Source: Marsupella aquatica (taxonomy: Eukaryota > Plantae > Marchantiophyta). From it: a stretch of 64,000 bases of DNA. The notes below the pieces were generated by a model, which had not been told where the DNA came from, did not search any database, and saw only the letters and a list, made by a program, of their open reading frames with translations. The stretch spans positions 16,565,938 through 16,629,937 of the forward strand of contig OZ316897.1 in assembly GCA_973895155.1 (NCBI GenBank), written 5' to 3'. Below, one piece after another: positions 60,540 to 64,000 of the stretch (positions are counted from its first letter, which is position 1; each line of letters opens with the position of its first letter). Both the position numbers and the translations under genes were made by a program.

Positions 60540-63500
60540 TTCCACTAAATGCGGGACACAATACTCATCATTGTCCTCCCACTGGTTGCGGCATTAGCAA
60601 TTTGAACACATGTCTTGCATTTACTTAAGGCGTGATGCACCTAGCTTTGGGGAAATCACTCTCAAGTCATACACCTTTGGAGTGATTTGCCAGAAGTGTT
60701 ACCATATATAGATGCATACTATCGTATCCAAAGGCAAATGAAGTCTTTTTGTCTCTCCAAGAAGTAGGGCAATACCAATGGAAGTTTGTCATCCTTTGTT
60801 GTAATTGTGTCATGTTTGTGCCAATGTTTGGATGGGCAATATTTTAATTTGCAAATGAATAGTGATGGGGCATTCAAGGAGCTAGTGTAATCTTTATTGG
60901 GTCATTTCTAAAAACATTTGCATCACAAATACCAATGACTACAAGTAGGGTCATTAAATTTGTCATATGGACTGTCATATAAGTCAAGTGACTGGACTTG
61001 TGGTCATTTGTGTGGTCCCTCATGCAGTCATTAAACACAAGCACTAATGACCAGTTTGGGGCTAGGGGTTGGAGGTGGGCCCTAGAGTGCGATTGGGCCC
61101 CACATAGAGGTGAGAACCCCTCCACTGGGTGCGGGACACTATACTCATCATTGTCCAACCACTAGTTGCGACGTAAGCACTTTGGACACATGTTTTGGCA
61201 TTTACTTAAGGCATGATGCACCTTTGGGGAAATCACTCCCAAGTCGTATGACTTTGGAGTGATTTGCCAAAAGTGTCACCGTGCATGCATACCATCACAT
61301 CCAAAGGCAAATAAAACTTGTTTTTTGGTTCTCCAAGAGGTGGTGTTGCACCAATGGAATGGGCAGGGGAGTCGTGCTTCTCAGTATGGTGTGGGTGCGG
61401 GTTTAGGGAAGAGGAATATTCCAACCTTGCAAGGAATCTAAAGTTGGCTCTCTTTGGAGATACTAGGGCCTTTATTGGGTCATATGTGAGCAATGGCCCG
61501 TCATAAATACCAATGACTACAAGTAGGGTCATTAAATTTGTCATATGGATTGTCATATAAGTCAAGTGACTGGACTTGTGGTCATTTGTGTGGTCCCTCA
61601 TGCAGTCATTAAACACAAGCACTAATGACCAGTTTGGGGCTAGGGGCTGGAGGTGGGCCCTAGAGTGCGATTGGGCCCCACATAGAGGTGAGAACCCCTC
61701 CACTGGGTGCGGGACACTATACTCATCATTGTCCAACCACTAGTTGCAACATAAGCACTTTGGACACATGTTTTGGCGTTTACTTAAGGCATGATGCACC
61801 TTTGGGGAAATCACTCCCAAGTCATATGACTTTGGAGTGATTTGCCAAAAGTGTGTCCATGCATGCACACCATCACATCCAAAGGCAAATAAAACTTGTT
61901 TTTTGGTTCTCCAAGAGGTGGTGCTGCACCAATAGAATGGGCAGGGGAGTCGTGCTTCTCAGTATGGTGTGGGTGCGGGTTTAGGGAAGAGGAATATTCC
62001 AACCTTGCAAGGAATCTAAAGTTGGCTCTCTTTGGAGATACTAGGGCCTTTATTGGGTCATATGTGAGCAATGGCCCGTCATAAATACCAATGACTACAA
62101 GTAGGGTCATTAAATTTGTCATATGGACTGTCATATAAGTCAAGTGACTGGACTTGTGGTCATTTGTGTGGTCCCTCATGCAGTCATTAAACACAAGCAC
62201 TAATGACCAGTTTGGGGCTAGGGGCTGGAGGTGGGCCCTAGAGTGCGATTGGGCCCCACATAGAGGTGAGAACCCCTCCACTGGGTGCGGGACACTATAC
62301 TCATCATTGTCCAACCACTAGTTGCAACATAAGCACTTTGGACACATGTTTTGGCGTTTACTTAAGGCATGATGCACCTTTGGGGAAATCACTCCCAAGT
62401 CATATGACTTTGGAGTGATTTGCCAAAAGTGTGTCCATGCATGCACACCATCACATCCAAAGGCAAATAAAACTTGTTTTTTGGTTCTCCAAGAGGTGGT
62501 GCTGCACCAATGGAATGGGCAGGGGAGTCGTGCTTCTCAGTATGGTGTGGGTGCGGGTTTAGGGAAGAGGAATATTCCAACCTTGCAAGGAATCTAAAGT
62601 TGGCTCTCTTTGGAGATACTAGGGCCTTTATTGGGTCATATGTGAGCAATGGCCCGTCATAAATACCAATGACTACAAGTAGGGTCATTAAATTTGTCAC
62701 ATGGACTGTCATATAAGTCAAGTGACTGGACTTGTGGTCATTTGTGTGGTCCCTCATGCAGTCATTAAACACAAGCACTAATGACCAGTTTGGGGCTAGG
62801 GGCTGGAGGTGGGCCCTAGAGTGCGATGGGGCCCCACATAGAGGTGAGAACCCCTCCACTGGGTGCGGGACACTATAATACTCATCATTGTCCAACCACT
62901 AGTTGCAACATAAACACTTTGGACACATGTTTTGGTGTTTACTTAAGGCATGATGCACCTTTGGGGAAATCACTCCCAAGTCATATGACTTTGGAGTGAT
63001 TTGCCAAAAGTGTGTCCATGCATGCACACCATCACATCCAAAGGCAAATAAAACTTGTTTTTTGGTTCTCCAAGAGGTGGTGCTGCACCAATGGAATGGG
63101 CAGGGGAATCGTGCTTCTCAGTATGGTGTGGGTGTGGGTTTAGGGAAGAGGAATATTCCAACCTTGCAATTGCGGGTTCTCTTTGGAGGTACTAGGGCCT
63201 TTATTGGGTCATATGTGACCAATGACTTGTCATAAATGCCAATGACCAAAAGTCAAGTCATTAAAACTGTCATATGGGAAGTCATATAAGTCAAGTGACT
63301 AGACTTGTGGTCATTTGTGTGGCCCTTCATGCAGTCATTAAACAGAAGCACAAATGACAAGTTTGGGGCTAGGGGCTGAAGGTGGGCCCTAGAGTCCCAT
63401 GTGGCCCCACATAGAGCTCGCAACCCCTCCACTATGTGCAAAATACTATATTTACTATTCTCCAACCACTAGTTGCACCATTAGCACCGTACCTCATGTG

Positions 63501-64000
63501 AGTTTTTGCGTTTACTTAAGGGATGAGGCAACATTGGGGAAATCACTCCCAAGTCATACAACTTTGGAGTGATTTGCCAAAAGCACCAACATGGATCATG
63601 AATATCTTATGTTCCTAAGGCAAATGGAGCCATTTGTTTAGTTCCTCAACGAGGTAGTGCAACACCAATGGGATGGGCATGGTAGTGGTGCTTCCCTCTA
63701 CGGTGGACATGTGTGTTGGTTAAAGGAATAGGAATATTCCTATTTTACAAGAAATCTAAAGCGGCCTCTTTCTTGACGTACTAGGACCTTCATTGGGTCA
63801 TTTTTTAACAAAGTCGTGTCATAATTGCCAATGACTACAAGCAGGGTCATTGAATTGGTCATATGGGATGTCATATAAGGCAAATGACTGGACTTTGAGT
63901 CATTTGAGATGTCCCTAGTGCAGTCATTGGAGACAAGCATGAATGACCAATTTGGGGCTAAGGGTTGGAGGCGGGCCCTAGAGTGCCATGTGGCCCCACA
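60540..64000. repeat. ~578-bp satellite-like tandem array, ~6 copies in window
   Basis: Period shown by repeated frames ending at 61233, 61811, 62389, 62970; central copies nearly identical, outer copies diverged. Confidence 0.97.

Larger units (their letters stand above)
59536..64000 (+). mobile_element. Third CACTA family inserted into the transposase; left end plus internal tandem arrays (continues beyond window)
   Basis: Transposase homology stops abruptly at CACTAGAAGAAAA, followed by dense AATGAC/GTCATT subterminal repeats. Expected TSD CCA (59533-59535). Confidence 0.85.

Noticed and set aside
60874-63465. Repeated 167-aa ORFs (MDNDEYSVPHP...)
   Set aside because: By-product of the 578-bp array; non-ATG starts, no recognisable domain, frame not kept in diverged units.

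Overview
Eukaryotic, land-plant-like DNA (spliceosomal GT-AG introns, two dirigent-family genes; a bryophyte/liverwort origin is only a guess). 1-17 kb: two divergently oriented dirigent genes (one runs off the left edge) separated by decayed repeats, a TIR element and a near full-length L1 LINE with an intact ORF2. 18-64 kb: a deeply nested transposon cluster built on CACTA (En/Spm) elements. One CACTA transposase gene is split by a 17-kb nest. Five TG...CA elements with 5-bp TSDs look like solo LTRs, and two families of them (4.65 kb and 3.85 kb) carry long ORFs with a plant-mobile-domain-like motif plus coiled coil. There is also a MITE, a non-autonomous CACTA, a truncated L1 and CACTA-borne tandem arrays. 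The most notable feature is a CACTA element (left end 52512) with an uninterrupted SET-domain (lysine methyltransferase-like) exon inside the first intron of its transposase gene. One splice donor is in frame with two alternative acceptors, predicting either a [Zn-domain+SET] protein or the [Zn-domain+transposase] protein. All assignments come from manual motif reading; no database search was run.
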